From the NCBI GenBank assembly GCA_002269645.1, contig NIVC01003382.1, forward strand, positions 1 to 64,000: DNA of 64,000 nucleotides, written 5' to 3'. The stretch comes from Macrostomum lignano (Eukaryota). The notes beneath the pieces are model-generated. The model was not told where the DNA came from, did no database searches, and worked only from the letters and a program-made list of their open reading frames with translations. The translations under genes and the position numbers were made by a program. Positions 47,812 to 60,280 of this stretch are shown piece by piece; positions within the stretch are counted from its first letter, which is position 1, and each line of letters opens with the position of its first letter.

Positions 47812-49065
47812 GTAACAGCCAGTGAGGCAGCTAGTAACAGCCAGTGAGTGAGGCAGCTAGTAACAGCCAGTGAGGCAGCTAGTAACAGCCAGTGAGTGAG
47901 GCAGCCAGTAACAGCCAGTGAGTGAGGCAGCTAGTAACAGCCAGTGAGTGAGGCAGCTAGTAACAGCCAGTGAGTGAGGCAGCTAGTAACAGCCAGTGAG
48001 TGAGGCAGCTAGTAACAGCCAGTGAGTGAGGCAGCTAGTAACAGCCAGTGAGTGAGGCAGCTAGTAACAGCCAGTGAGTGAGGCAGCTAGTAACAGCCAG
48101 TGAGTGAGGCAGCTAGTAACAGCCAGTGAGTGAGGCAGCTAGTAACAGCCAGTGAGTGAGGCAGCTAGTAACAGCCAGTGAGGCAGCTAGTAACAGCCAG
48201 TGAGTGAGGCAGCTAGTAACAGCCAGTGAGTGAGGCAGCTAGTAACAGCCAGTGAGTGAGGCAGCTAGTAACAGCCAGTGAGGCAGCTAGTAACAGCCAG
48301 TGAGTGAGGCAGCTAGTAACAGCCAGTGAGTGAGGCAGCTAGTAACAGCCAGTGAGTGAGGCAGCTAGTAACAGCCAGTGAGTGAGGCAGCTAGTAACAG
48401 CCAGTGAGTGAGGCAGCTAGTAACAGCCAGTGAGTGAGGCAGCTAGTAACAGCCAGTGAGTGAGGCAGCTAGTAACAGCCAGTGAGTGAGGCAGCTAGTA
48501 ACAGCCAGTGAGTGAGGCAGCTAGTAACAGCCAGTGAGTGAGGCAGCTAGTAACAGCCAGTGAGTGAGGCAGCTAGTAACAGCCAGTGAGGCAGCTAGTA
48601 ACAGCCAGTGAGTGAGGCAGCTAGTAACAGCCAGTGAGTGAGGCAGCTAGTAACAGCCAGTGAGGCAGCTAGTAACAGCCAGTGAGTGAGGCAGCTAGTA
48701 ACAGCCAGTGAGTGAGGCAGCTAGTAACAGCCAGTGAGTGAGGCAGCTAGTAACAGCCAGTGAGTGAGGCAGCTAGTAACAGCCAGTGAGTGAGGCAGCT
48801 AGTAACAGCCAGTGAGTGAGGCAGCTAGTAACAGCCAGTGAGTGAGGCAGCTAGTAACAGCCAGTGAGTGAGGCAGCTAGTAACAGCCAGTGAGTGAGGC
48901 AGCTAGTAACAGCCAGTGAGTGAGGCAGCTAGTAACAGCCAGTGAGGCAGCTAGTAACAGCCAGTGAGTGAGGCAGCTAGTAACAGCCAGTGAGTGAGGC
49001 AGCTAGTAACAGCCAGTGAGTGAGGCAGCTAGTAACAGCCAGTGAGGCAGCTAGTAACAGCTAGT
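47812..49065. repeat. 26/22-bp minisatellite (GTGAGTGAGGCAGCTAGTAACAGCCA)
   Basis: About 48 copies. Confidence 0.97.
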
Positions 49066-49939
49066 GGTAGCAGGAAGAAGTAAGCAGTGACAAAGGAGTC
49101 GGAAAAATAGCTAAATAAATTAATAACGACTGAAGACTACGTTGACATAAAATGTAATTTCTGAAACGCCAAGAAATAAATCAGTATTGAAGATTTGAGC
49201 GCATGACTCAATTTAAATAGGCTTTATTATTCCACATTTTAGTGCAGCAGACGAATGAGTAGTATGTATGGCGCAAACAAAATCCTGAAGCTGCTAGAAT
49301 GTAACAGACTTCAGTAGAGTGAGCAAAATTATTGTTTTCTGTATCTTTTTGAGCAACTCCCACGGACCGGTAGTTATACTGTAAAAACGTAATTACAAAT
49401 TTCAACAGACTTATTGTAGGCAATCAATTAGCAAACTCTGGTTAAGTAAAAAACTCAGTAATGTCGTAAAAAATGGCTACACTACTTACAGTAGCCAAAA
49501 TACGAGTAGATCTGCGTGAAAGCACTGGAAAATTGGAAGATCAGCAATCAAACAAAATATGTTAAAATGTAGTAGAATTGGCTGGCGTTGTGACCAAGCT
49601 ATACAAGGTGGGAGGTAATATTCTCTGCAGATATGCGGCCACCAACAAATAATACGGTTTATCTAATTAACAAATTTATGCTCAAGAATTAATAGACTAA
49701 GCATGCAGCCATGCTGTTATTAAACACTATTGGCGTCCACATTTCACAACTGCGTGTATTAAATAAAAAATTGCGGCACAAAAATTACAAAGGACTGTTG
49801 CCTTGGATACTGGCAGCTGATTGACACTGCGGAGCTCTCAGATACTCCTTGTAGCTGATTGAACTAATATTTATACAGTAGATAGATGGACAGTGGGTTT
49901 GATATGCCACCTGGCATATATCATAGGTATATATATGCA

Positions 49940-49972
49940 GACAGACACAGATACACAAACAGATAGACAAGC

Positions 49973-50007
<35 letters not shown>

Positions 50008-50076
50008 CAGACAGACAGACACACAGACAGACACTAAGACAGACAGACTGACAGACAGACACTAAGACAGACAGAC
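49940..50076. repeat. (AGAC)n-type microsatellite
   Basis: Direct inspection. Confidence 0.9.
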
Positions 50077-50223
50077 ATGTATTTCAGCGCCTGCTTCAAG
50101 CCTCGGATCGCCGTGTTCCTAAACTAGAAATCTAGAGTTGGCATTTCGAGCCCCAGCAGAGCAGGCAGTCAGCCAAATCCGAGATAAGCGCGATCAAAAA
50201 CAGCAAAACAAAGGAAAGTAAAA

Positions 50224-52665
50224 TCAGGCCGAGTCGCCAAGCAGCGCCGCGATGCCCTGGCAGCAGCCGATGGCCTGCATTGCCCGCACCAGCTGCTGAC
50301 AGTGCAGCGGCTGCAGCAGCTGCAGTCCCTCATACAGCAGGCCTGCCGCGGGTTGCCCCCTGGCCTGGCCGCGTTCTAGCAGCTGACGCAGCTCGCCAGG
50401 CAGCATCTCCAGCAGCAGCAGCAGCGGCTCGAAGACCGCCTGAACAGCCGGGCAGCAGCAGAGCCGGCCGAGCTGCTCCGGTGTGACCAGCTTGTCTGGC
50501 GAGATGGACAGCTTGGCCAGATTGACGGCCGTCATGGAGGCCGGGCCCAAGTCGGTGGAGGAGAACTCGGGCTCCGCAGGCTCCGGGACAGGGACAATTG
50601 AGTCCGTCTCGGTTGTGTCAAGCTCCATCTTAAGCAGCTGACTGACGGATTCCCCGGGCAGGCAGCCGTTCCAGGCTTCGATTGCCCGATCGAACGGCGG
50701 CCGATCTGTCACCACGTATTGGGCGACATTCGCCCAGCTGGACGCTTGAGTTGCCGCCGGCCAGCGAGCTCGGATTCGGTTGCTAAGCAGGCTGGTCAAC
50801 TGTTTGGAGCTGAGCTGTCTGCCCGGACAGGCCAGAGTGAAGACTTCGAAGCAAGACAGCCCGTAGGCGAGTCGATCCTGATCCAAACAGGCCGGCTGCG
50901 GTCCAATTACGCCTGAGTCAAAGCCGCCAATCTAGTAGGGGGCAAATAGGTAAACGGCGGGAGTAATCATGAACGAGTTGCCTCGTCAGCTAATAAGTTG
51001 CTGAATTATTGAATAAAGTCGGATCAACTATGACCAACTTGCCTAAGCTATCTACCTCATTGTCTTGTAAGTTTTATCAGTTCAGCTAACAGTCAGTTAA
51101 CTATTCTTCACTTAGCAGAAATTCGCACGCCTTCTCACCTTGGCCTGCAGACTGGCTGTTATTAAAATGTTTCTGGAACTAAAACTGCCGTGACAAATTG
51201 GCGGCTTCTCAACTCTGTGCAGGTGATGAAAGCCTTCGGCAATTTGGCGCAGCCAGAGCGACAGCAGAAGCGGACTCACCGGCTGGCGCTGCGAAATGGG
51301 AACAAGTTTGATTGAGCAATACTGGCCACGAAACAGATAATAAAACCCATCTTAGATTAAAGGTAAAGCATTTTATATAAAATTTGAAATCTCGATTAGG
51401 GATTTGACATCCCGATTGAGGATTTGACATCCCGATTAAGGATTTGACATCCCGATTGAGGATTTCACATCCCGATTGAGGATTCGACCTCCCGATTGAG
51501 GATTTGACATTTCGATTGGGGGAGGGGGTTGACATCCCGATTGGGGATTTGACATCTCGATTGGGGATTTGACATCTCGATTGGGGAATTGACATCTCGA
51601 TTGGGGAATTGACATCTCGATTGGGGAATTGACATCTAGATTGGGGATTTGACATCTCGATTGGGGAATTGACATCTCGATTGGGGATTTGACATCTCGA
51701 TTGGGGATTTTGACATCCCGATTGGGGATTTGACATCTCTATTGGGGATTTGACATCCCGATTGGGGATTTGACATCTCTATTGGGGATTTGACATCTCG
51801 ATTGGGGAATTGACATCTCGATTGGGGATTTGACATCTCGATTGGGGAATTGACATCTCGATTGGGGATTTGACATCCCGATGGAGGATTCGACATCCCG
51901 ATGGGGATTTGACATCTCGATTGGGGAATTGACATCTCGATTGGGGAATTGACATCTCGATTGGGGAATTGACATCTCGATTGGGGAATTGACATCTCGA
52001 TTGAGGATTTGACGATGGGGGATTTGAAATCCCCATTGAGGATTTGACATTTCTATTTTGGATTTGACAACGCGATCTCAGGTTTTCGGTGCCACAATCT
52101 AAAAGCTCACAATTGTACTGTTTAAAAGTACACTCACCCGATCTGACTGAGCCAGGCTGAACTCCAAAACATTGCCATGCTCACAGTGCTCCATCACAAT
52201 GCCCATCAACATGACATTTTGCTCCATATAAAAAGCCACTGAGCTGAGGAGTGCTGAGTGGTTTGCTTTAATTTTTTTCAATATATTAAACTGATTACTT
52301 ATCAGCTTAGTGGCCGTTGTGCTGCAATGTTAGCAAATTGGTTTTTTATTAGAAACAAAGAATCTGAAAAGTGGAAAAATCATAAAGCTGACAGAGTCTG
52401 AGCAAGTGTCATACATCTGTACGCTTGTAGAACTAGATGTAGGCTTCATTTTCTTCAAAAAGTAGCGCTGATCAGTGGAGTCTTCCTTCCATTTGCAGCA
52501 AGCATATGAGAAGTAGCCGCTATCTGAAATGTGTAAAAAATATAAAGTTAAAATCAACAGATACATAGATAGACAGGTAATTCTAAAAGAAAAAGGCATA
52601 CCAATAGGTGCAGCCTCTAGGTCACGAAGGTTATCTTGATTGACAGTAATTTTACTTGATAGCAT
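50224..52665 (-). CDS. RIPK/TKL-like pseudokinase with probable C-terminal death domain, 404 aa; exons 52665-52602, 52523-52415, 52321-52138, 51288-51139, 50931-50224
   Basis: Four GT-AG introns (phases 1, 2, 0, 0) give a 1215-nt open frame. Kinase subdomains occur in order: DSGYF, FLKK, GIVMEHCEHGN, LRQIAEGFHHLH, HGSFSSRNILI, AKIGGFD, DRLAYG..FEVFT, DRPPF. The helical C-terminus ends LVRAMQAIG..GIAALL. Confidence 0.8.
51395..52050. repeat. 20-bp minisatellite (ATTTGACATCTCGATTGGGG) in pseudokinase intron 3
   Basis: About 32 copies. Confidence 0.95.
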
Positions 52666-52919
52666 GATTCTGAAATTTAAAGAGATGGTGCATCAGTATA
52701 GAAACAATTAATTGAATCAATTTATTAGTTTAAATTCAGTTATTGGTTTATTTTTTCATTTTAAATATTTATCCCCTGTTACTAGCAATTTGTAAATTAG
52801 CATAATAGTAGTACCTGGTACTCGTACAATAGTGCAATGGTTTTATTCCTTGCCTTAGTGGCACTTATTGAGCAGGTAGCATTAAACTATGACAACTATT
52901 TTGCGCATCCAAACACACA

Positions 52920-52976
52920 TGTAAGTCGCTATTGGACGGAAAAGTAGTCACGTGACTGGTATCAGCCAATAGCGAC

Positions 52977-53027
<51 letters not shown>

Positions 53028-54380
53028 GCCAATAGAAACGGCCGGGTGATTCCCAAAGTTGCGCATGCATGATTTTGCGGAATAACTGTATCGCTTTTAA
53101 TGTACATTCGCTCTCTATGTACAACGTTGACTCAGTCCTAACTCGCATAAATAAAGCGAGCACTGCCTCACGGGGCCTATGCTGATTTTTGCACTGCCAA
53201 ATAGCAAGTGTTACAAGTGGTAGCAGAGATCAGAATGACAAAGGGCACCCACCGCGCGATTCTGAGAACTTTTAGGCTCTGGCAACTTTAATGAGTGGCT
53301 GCAGCGGTTTGAGCTGTGTGCAGCAGCCAACAAGTGGACAAACGACAAACACTTGCATCTGCCAACAATTCTGGATGGCGAGGCTCTGGCAGTCTTCTTT
53401 GAGCTTGGCGACGAGAACAAGAGCGACTACAGTCAAGTGTGACCAAAGCATTAACGCAGTGATTAACCGAGGCATTTCTCACTTCTCAGCGCTGGAGGCA
53501 TTCGAGATCCAGAAGCTGCTGCCTGGTGAACCTCCTCGGCTGTTTCTCTACCGCCTGAGGCAGCTGCTCAAGGACGCTGGAATTAGCAACAAGAATGCCA
53601 CAGACAGCATGCTGACCCATCACTTCATCCGCGGACTGCCGGCGGATGTCAGCACTGACGCGTCAGTCAAGACACCTGCTACTGGAGGTGCCTTCTGCCA
53701 CCACGGATGAAAGCCAATCAGCCTCTCGCAGCAGCAGCCAGAACTGCTTGCGGCAGTGCTGAGACTGCAGATTTGAGGGCTATGGTCAACTTGCTGCAGG
53801 CGACAGTCCAAGACGTGGCGGCGAAGCTAAGCCCAGAGGCTTCAGACTCCTGCGTGGTTCGCAGTGCGAGGAGACAGCACGAGATGACCTGCTGGAATGG
53901 CAACCACTGTGGCCACATTGCCAGGAACTGCAAGCACCCATTGGGAAATGGCACTGGCCCGGGTGGAGCCCACAACCCTGGCCAGTTCTGACTTCTGAGC
54001 ACAGGGCCTCAGCATAAGTGGATTGTTTTGGGGTGGATAGGGGGGCAGGCTGGACAGTGCTTGAGCAGCGCAGCAACTTATTCTGCATTTGTTGCAACTT
54101 TGGCAGCTAGCCGATCCACTAGTCACATACAAACCAGCTGCACTAATGGTTAGCAGACCAGCCTGACACCAAGCAGCTCTGCTAGCAGCAAGTAGCCTAC
54201 CAAGTTGCACCAAAATTGTCATTTTGCCATACAGATATGTGTTCTTGGACCTATTGGAAGTAAGTCGCTATTGGACAGAATAGTGGTCATGTGACTGCTC
54301 TCAGCCAATAGCGACTTACATGTGTGTGTTGCCAATAGAAACGACTGAGTGATTGCGCATGGTTGCGCATGTATGTTACA
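52920..54380 (+). mobile_element. Non-autonomous LTR element: 5' LTR ~52920-53215, tRNAi-Met-like PBS, decayed gag with zinc knuckle, shortened 3' LTR ~54260-54380
   Basis: Direct repeats starting GTAAGTCGCTATTGGAC; ...TTACA AG TGGTAGCAGAG; gag-like WLQRFELCAAANKW, FIRGLP and CWNGNHCGHIARNC; no pol sequence. Confidence 0.75.
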
Positions 54381-54699
54381 AAATGCACCTGCAATATTAA
54401 ATGAATATCAACTTAAATTACCTTTTGACTATTCTTTCTTTTCTTTTACTTCTTCTTTCCCCTCTTTTCTTTGCCTCCTTTTCTCTTTTTTTCTTTATTA
54501 ATCTTTTCTTATAATGTTTATTAAATAAAATAATAAAAGCTCCATTTCAATTACCAAGATCTGTGAAAGCAAGGCCTGTTTAGGACTACCAGTTGGTTTC
54601 TAAGAAGCCTCCTTTGCAATCTAGTCTTCTTTGATAGTGGCAAATGCTAGATAGCTTCCTTATTAGCTAATAAAAACTTGACTTTATTTGCACCACGGT

Positions 54700-57595
54700 T
54701 CAGATAAATGCCGCCTCCTCCACGGGGTTAAGTCGGAGAGCCGCGCTTAACTGCTGCGGCGGCCAACAGCGGCAGGACCAAGCGGGGGCAGCGGAGCGCC
54801 CGCCGGCGTGTTGAGCGTCGACGTGAGCGCAATCGGCGAGGTCGGCTGCGTGGCGCCGCCCGCCGAGCCGCCGCCGCACTGGTCCAATCGGATCTTCTGG
54901 GTGGCGCCAGGGACTGAGGCCCAACTTCATCGGGCTCCAGCTGTACCACAGGGAGTACTCCGGGTCGGGACGTTGAAAGATTGCCGGACCCTGAAAGATG
55001 AAAACTGCCGGACCCTGAAAGATTCCTGGCGGAGAGGGCAGCTAGCGAAGCTAGCACTCGACCTCAGCTGCGACGTCATCGCGCTGCAGGAGGTATCCAT
55101 CAAGGCTGACCCGGAAATTCACTCTGAGGACCTGGGTGCTGGCTGGACCTTCTGGTACACCTCAGCTAACCACCGTGGCCGAGGAGGAGTAGGGGCGCTG
55201 ATCGGGCCGAGGCTGCAGCAGAGCTGCTGCTGCGTCTCTCTGTCTGACCTGCTGCTTCGTGTCGATGTCCGGCTTCGCGGCCGGAACGCCCGTCTGTTCT
55301 GCGCATATGCACCGCCCGCCACCCGCCCGGATGAAGCTCAGACCTTCTTTGACTTCCTTTCCGAGCAGGTTGAAGCGACGGCACAGCACGACACGGTGAT
55401 CGTGCTCGGCGATCTCAACGCTGTGCCGCGCCGCTCCGAGCGGTCGCTCTGTCACACCACGCTAGAACGGCAACACTGGAGCGCTGGACGACTTCCTGGC
55501 CCGGCACGATCTGGTGTCAGTCAACAGCCGCTTCCGCCGGCCGCCTAGCAGGCTCGCCACCTTTGTGGGCTGCCAGCGCTGGCGACGGAACGCGCCGGGT
55601 CGGTTCGCCACGCGGAGGCTAGCACAGCGGGACCACGTGCTTTTGCGCTTTCGCGAGCGTGGCCGCGCCATCAACTGCCGCATCATCAACTGCCGCATCA
55701 TCACGCCGCTGGCCCTATGCTCCGACCACCGGCTTGTCATCTGCGACCTTCATGTCCGGGACCCTCTATACCGGCCGCCAAAGCGACTGCAGCGGCGCTA
55801 CTAACGTGCGCTCAAGAACACCGAGACGCGCCGCCGCTTTGCAAACGCCTTCTGCACTGAGCTGGAGGGCGCGCGTGGTTCCGCCAAGTATGCAGCAGTC
55901 AGCGAAGCTGTCCGCACCGCCGCGGAGCAGTAAGTACCGCTGATGCGGCCAACACAGCGGGGACAACCAGCCTGGATGGAGGATGAGGAGGTTAGACAGG
56001 CGGCAGACAACATAAAACGCATCCGTCTGAATGGCCAGCCTGCGCACGAGGCGGAGGAGGCTCTGGCGCGCGTCTACCAAGAGCGGGAGCTCGCCGCTGT
56101 CGACGACGCCATCCGAGCCGTCTCTGCTGCGGGCGGAAAGGCACTGGGGCCAGACGAAGTGCCAATCGAGGCGCTGCGCATCCATTGCGTGGCCACTGAG
56201 GTCACCCTTGTGATAAACAGCGTGCTCGCTGGAGGTCCGGCGCCTACTGAGTGGACCCTAGCGCACATCGTCGGCATCCCAAAGAAGCCAGGCACAACCA
56301 AACTGGAGGAGCACCGAGGTATCTGCCTAATGTCCATCGCCGCAAAGCTTTTCAACCGGCTTCTGCTCGCCCGGCTGCAGCCCATGCTAGATCCCTACCT
56401 GCGGATCGAGCAGAACGGGTTTCGGCCAAGGCGCGGCACCGTCACGCAGATACTGGCCCTTCAGCGAGTCATCGAGGAGGCGCGCACGCGCCAGTTGAAC
56501 CTGATCGTGGTCTTTGTTGACTTCAAAAAGGCCTTCGACTCGGTCGCCAGAAGCGCGTTTTCCGCTGGTGCTTAGAGCGTACAAGGTACCGCAGCAACTG
56601 GTCAATGCCACGATGGCGCTGTACCAAAACACCAGAGCTGCGGTGGTGACCCCAGACGGTCTCTCGGACACCTTCGATACGTCATCCGGAGTACTCCAGA
56701 GGGACACGCTGGCGCCATTTCTGTTTGTACTGGTGCTGGACTGGGTGCTGCAGACTGCTTTGCCCACGGCCGAGGACGACTTACTCCTGCAGCGCCGTGT
56801 GGGTCGCCGCCAACCAGAGCGCCGCCTCAGCATCTTAGGCTACGCCGACGACCTCGCCCTGCTGTCATCAACTGTCGAAGGCGCCCAACATCAGCTGGAC
56901 CGGCTGGTTGGCGTTGCTGCGAGCGTCGGCCTGGTGGTCAACACGCAGAAGACCGTCGTGCTCACCACGCCATCTGACATCCAAGCCGACATCTGCCGAG
57001 GCGCCAATGGGCAGGCGACGCCGCTGCCGCGCTGTCAGCAGTTTGTGTACCTTGGTGGTCTGGTGCCCGATGTCTCCGACGACCTGAGGCGTCGCCGCGG
57101 ACTCGCCTGGGCGGCCTTCAACTTTGTGAGGACCGTCTTACACTCTGCGGCCCTGCCAGACCACCAGCGTTCGGCGCTGTTCCAGGCGGTGATTGAGACC
57201 GTCCTGCTTTACAACGCCGAGACATGGACACTGACTGAGATGCTTGAGCGGCAGGTCGATGTGGCCCACGCCGGCCTGCTGCGCGCCGCCTTCAAGATCG
57301 GCGGTGGCAAGCTTGTCTCCAATGCGGCGCTGTATGCCCGAGCCCACCTTGCCTGCCCCAGCAACCTGCTTTGACGCCATCAGCTCCAGCTGGCAGGCCA
57401 CCTATCTGCGCCAAGACATACTGCCCCGAGCCAGTACAGGAGACGCTGCTAATGCTTCCAGTGCCCTCTGGCAAGGGCAGGCGCCTACCCAGATTGCCTA
57501 CTGGCGCCCCCGACCAAGCCAATGGCCTAGCCTTCCTTCGCTCCTGCGCTCTGAGGCACACCCTGTGACACCCACTGCTGACTCTGGGGCGTAAC
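54700..57595 (+). mobile_element. Decayed RTE-clade non-LTR retrotransposon (APE endonuclease plus RT), several frameshifts and stops
   Basis: Motifs DVIALQE, GDLNA, SDH, GPDEVP, EQNGFRPRRGT, VDFKKAFDSV, GVLQ, YADDLALL and LLYNAETWTLT. Confidence 0.9.
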
Positions 57596-57780
57596 TTCTT
57601 GTGTTGTTATTAGCTTTATGTATCTTAATTTAAGGCCTACCATCCCAACTTTAATATTCATTGATATCAAAAATGCTGTTTAAGTCCTTGACCCCAAAGA
57701 TTTACAAGCTCTCCCTGTATTGAAAGTAAAAACATTTATTTTAACTTAAAACCCTTGATTCTAATCCCAATATGCATTTA

Positions 57781-57814
<34 letters not shown>

Positions 57815-58589
57815 ATGAATATGATAATTTTATAATTAGTCACACAGCATAGTAATAAATCCTAATGTTTTCTCAAGATATTAAAACTAAGATGGAGATT
57901 AAAAAACTTAGATTTTAATAATTAAAATTAGATTGAGATCTTTTTAACTATAACTAGTTTTTTGCCAAGGAATAGTTAAAGAGAAATTATTAATGAGCAA
58001 ATTAGAATAATAATGGCATAGTTGGTAAAATTGTAGATTTTGTTTAGTTAGAAAAAGTGTTCTAGTTTTTTATGTAAATCATGTAATATATAAAGATATT
58101 ATATAAGGCCTAGTATCCCAACTTTTTAAATTGCATCCTAAAAATTGGATCTTCAGGTGCAAATTTGCATTTTAGTACTAGTGAAAAAAACCTAGGCCAA
58201 GGCCAGGGCCAAGACAAAATGTAACAGTGAATGGGAACAAATCAAAAGGGCTACATATTAAAAGGGCAATAGTCAAAAAGGGTGTTGGCAAGAGAAGGTA
58301 TATTTATTTATTTCTGATTTAGATATTTAATCTATTATTTAGTTTTTCTTTCTGCATACATTGAGGTCCAACCCTCCTTTCTGAATCATGTAGCTTGTAC
58401 ATGCGCTTAGCACCTACCCCCTTTTACATTAGTGCTAGTGCTAATATATATTTGCAGTCTCAGTTGCTTGAGAGTGTGCAACTGTGGTTTTTGGTTAGTT
58501 AGATTTGCATTGAGCTGTAGCCGTAAAGTCAATTTGATTCTGTGAAGACTTGTTCATTTTGCATGACTTGACAAGAGTGCAAGAACATC

Positions 58590-59620
58590 GGGTAGCAGAG
58601 CGTGGTTCTTTACTCATTACAATTAATCAATGTTGGATGACAGAAATGAAGAGACTGCAGCAGCAGCTCTGATAATGAGCAACTAGCTGGCTCAACTAAA
58701 GGCCACAAAGGCTATTGAGAAGTGTGCCTTCACAAAGCTACGCAACAAACTTTTGAGGACCCTAAGCTTGGACGGAGCAGAGTTGGACAAGGCCAAGCAG
58801 CTTGTGGAGCAGCTTGATCAGAGCTACAAGAAGGTGAACACAGTGATTAGTGATGGATCGAAATTATTTTTCAAATCGAAATTGAAATCGAAATTTTCGG
58901 TTCTTTAGAATCGAAATTGAAATTGAAATCGAAATCGAAATCGAAATTTTTTGAGCTTAACAAATTTTTACTTTTTTGCTAATCATGCAAAAAGGTTAAC
59001 ACCTTGCCTCTGCATGCATGAGCTTACATTTTTTATAAAAAGTATCTTTGATATGTTTAAACCAGAATACTTAAGATTTAACTTACTTTAAAAATACGAA
59101 ATAGAAAATGCTAGTGTATTATGTATTATACACTCGTACATAGAAATACAGTAGAAGTTGTATTATACTTCACTGCTGTTTAAGCTGAAGATCTAGATAC
59201 GAGTAGCCTATATCCATTTCATTAAGGCTTTAAGTCTTTAGCCAATTAAAATCCACGCCGATGAGTTCAGCCAGTGGGCTTGTGGAGGTTGAGGTGGGTG
59301 CAGCACAAGGCCTGGAACAGTGTGTCCCGCGCAACCTTTTCTTGTAGAAAAGGCGATTCTCACCTCCCCACTGAGTCTTTGAACCACACTTCCTTTCACT
59401 TCCTATTGATTTTCTTACTCGTGTAGCATGATCATCAATGTCTAAATTGTTAAAATATAACCAAAATTTCGAAATGATTTTCGATGAATGGTGTCAAAAT
59501 TTGAAATCGAAATCGAAATTATTTCGATGCAAAATTAGTTTCGAATTTCGGAATATCGAAATCGAAATCGAATTTCGATCCATCACTAACCGTGATTCAA
59601 GAAGTTTTGCACAAGGTTGG
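58590..59620 (+). mobile_element. LTR-retroelement remnant (PBS-like GGTAGCAGAGCGTGGTT plus gag-like coiled coil, BEL/Pao-like), interrupted by a MITE
   Basis: The reading KAIEKCAFTKLRNKLL...KQLVEQLDQSYKKVNTVI resumes after the MITE as IQEV. Confidence 0.45.
58848..59588. mobile_element. hAT-type MITE, 18-bp perfect TIR, 8-bp TSD with one mismatch
   Basis: TAGTGATGGATCGAAATT / AATTTCGATCCATCACTA; flanks ACAGTGAT and ACCGTGAT; subterminal AAATCG repeats. Confidence 0.85.
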
Positions 59621-60229
59621 TGTTAAGTAAGAACGAGCGAGACTTTTAGGCATGACAAAACTCTTAAGGCCCAAGTTGGCCAAAGTCAGACTATATATAT
59701 TGTCAAGTGAAGTGGGTTGAAATATTGATTCATGCAATGTACAGTGTTGGGTGTATATAGAGCTAGTGTGCATTTTGAATTAAGAAAGAGTTCTAAAACG
59801 CAACACACAACATCTCCCAACGCAAGAAATAAGTTTGTTAACCGATTACAGTATTAAAGTATTAAGCAAAATCTCTGAACGGAAGCAGAAATAAAAGCAA
59901 ATTTGAATGGAAGTGGATTTAAAAAAAAACTACAATCTTTGAGTCATGTTGGACTAATAACATTGGCAACATTGATACAAACAATGCACATTAACTTTAA
60001 TGCAAAGCTCTGGACCGATACAATGCAACAATATACTCCTAATCTCTCCACTGTCTAAGAATACAAAGTCGGAAGCTAGCACACTAGCTCTATATACACG
60101 CGACACTGTACATTGCATGAATCAATATTTCAACCTGCTTCCCTTGACAATATATATAGTCTGACTTTGGCCAACTTGGGCCTTAAGAGTTTTGTCGTGC
60201 CTAAATGTCTCGCTTGTTCTTACATAACA
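59621..60229. repeat. 609-bp TG...CA unit with 151-bp inverted arms, directly before a PBS-like motif
   Basis: 59621-59771 is the reverse complement of 60079-60229 with about 9 mismatches; followed by TGGCGTCAC. Confidence 0.9.
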
Positions 60230-60280
60230 TGGCGTCACAAGCATAAAGTACTTTCCCCCAATAGCCAAGCAAGCTAGCTA

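Noticed and set aside
42830-49065. CRISPR-like arrays
   Set aside because: Units are contiguous with no unique spacers, there are no cas genes, and the context is eukaryotic.
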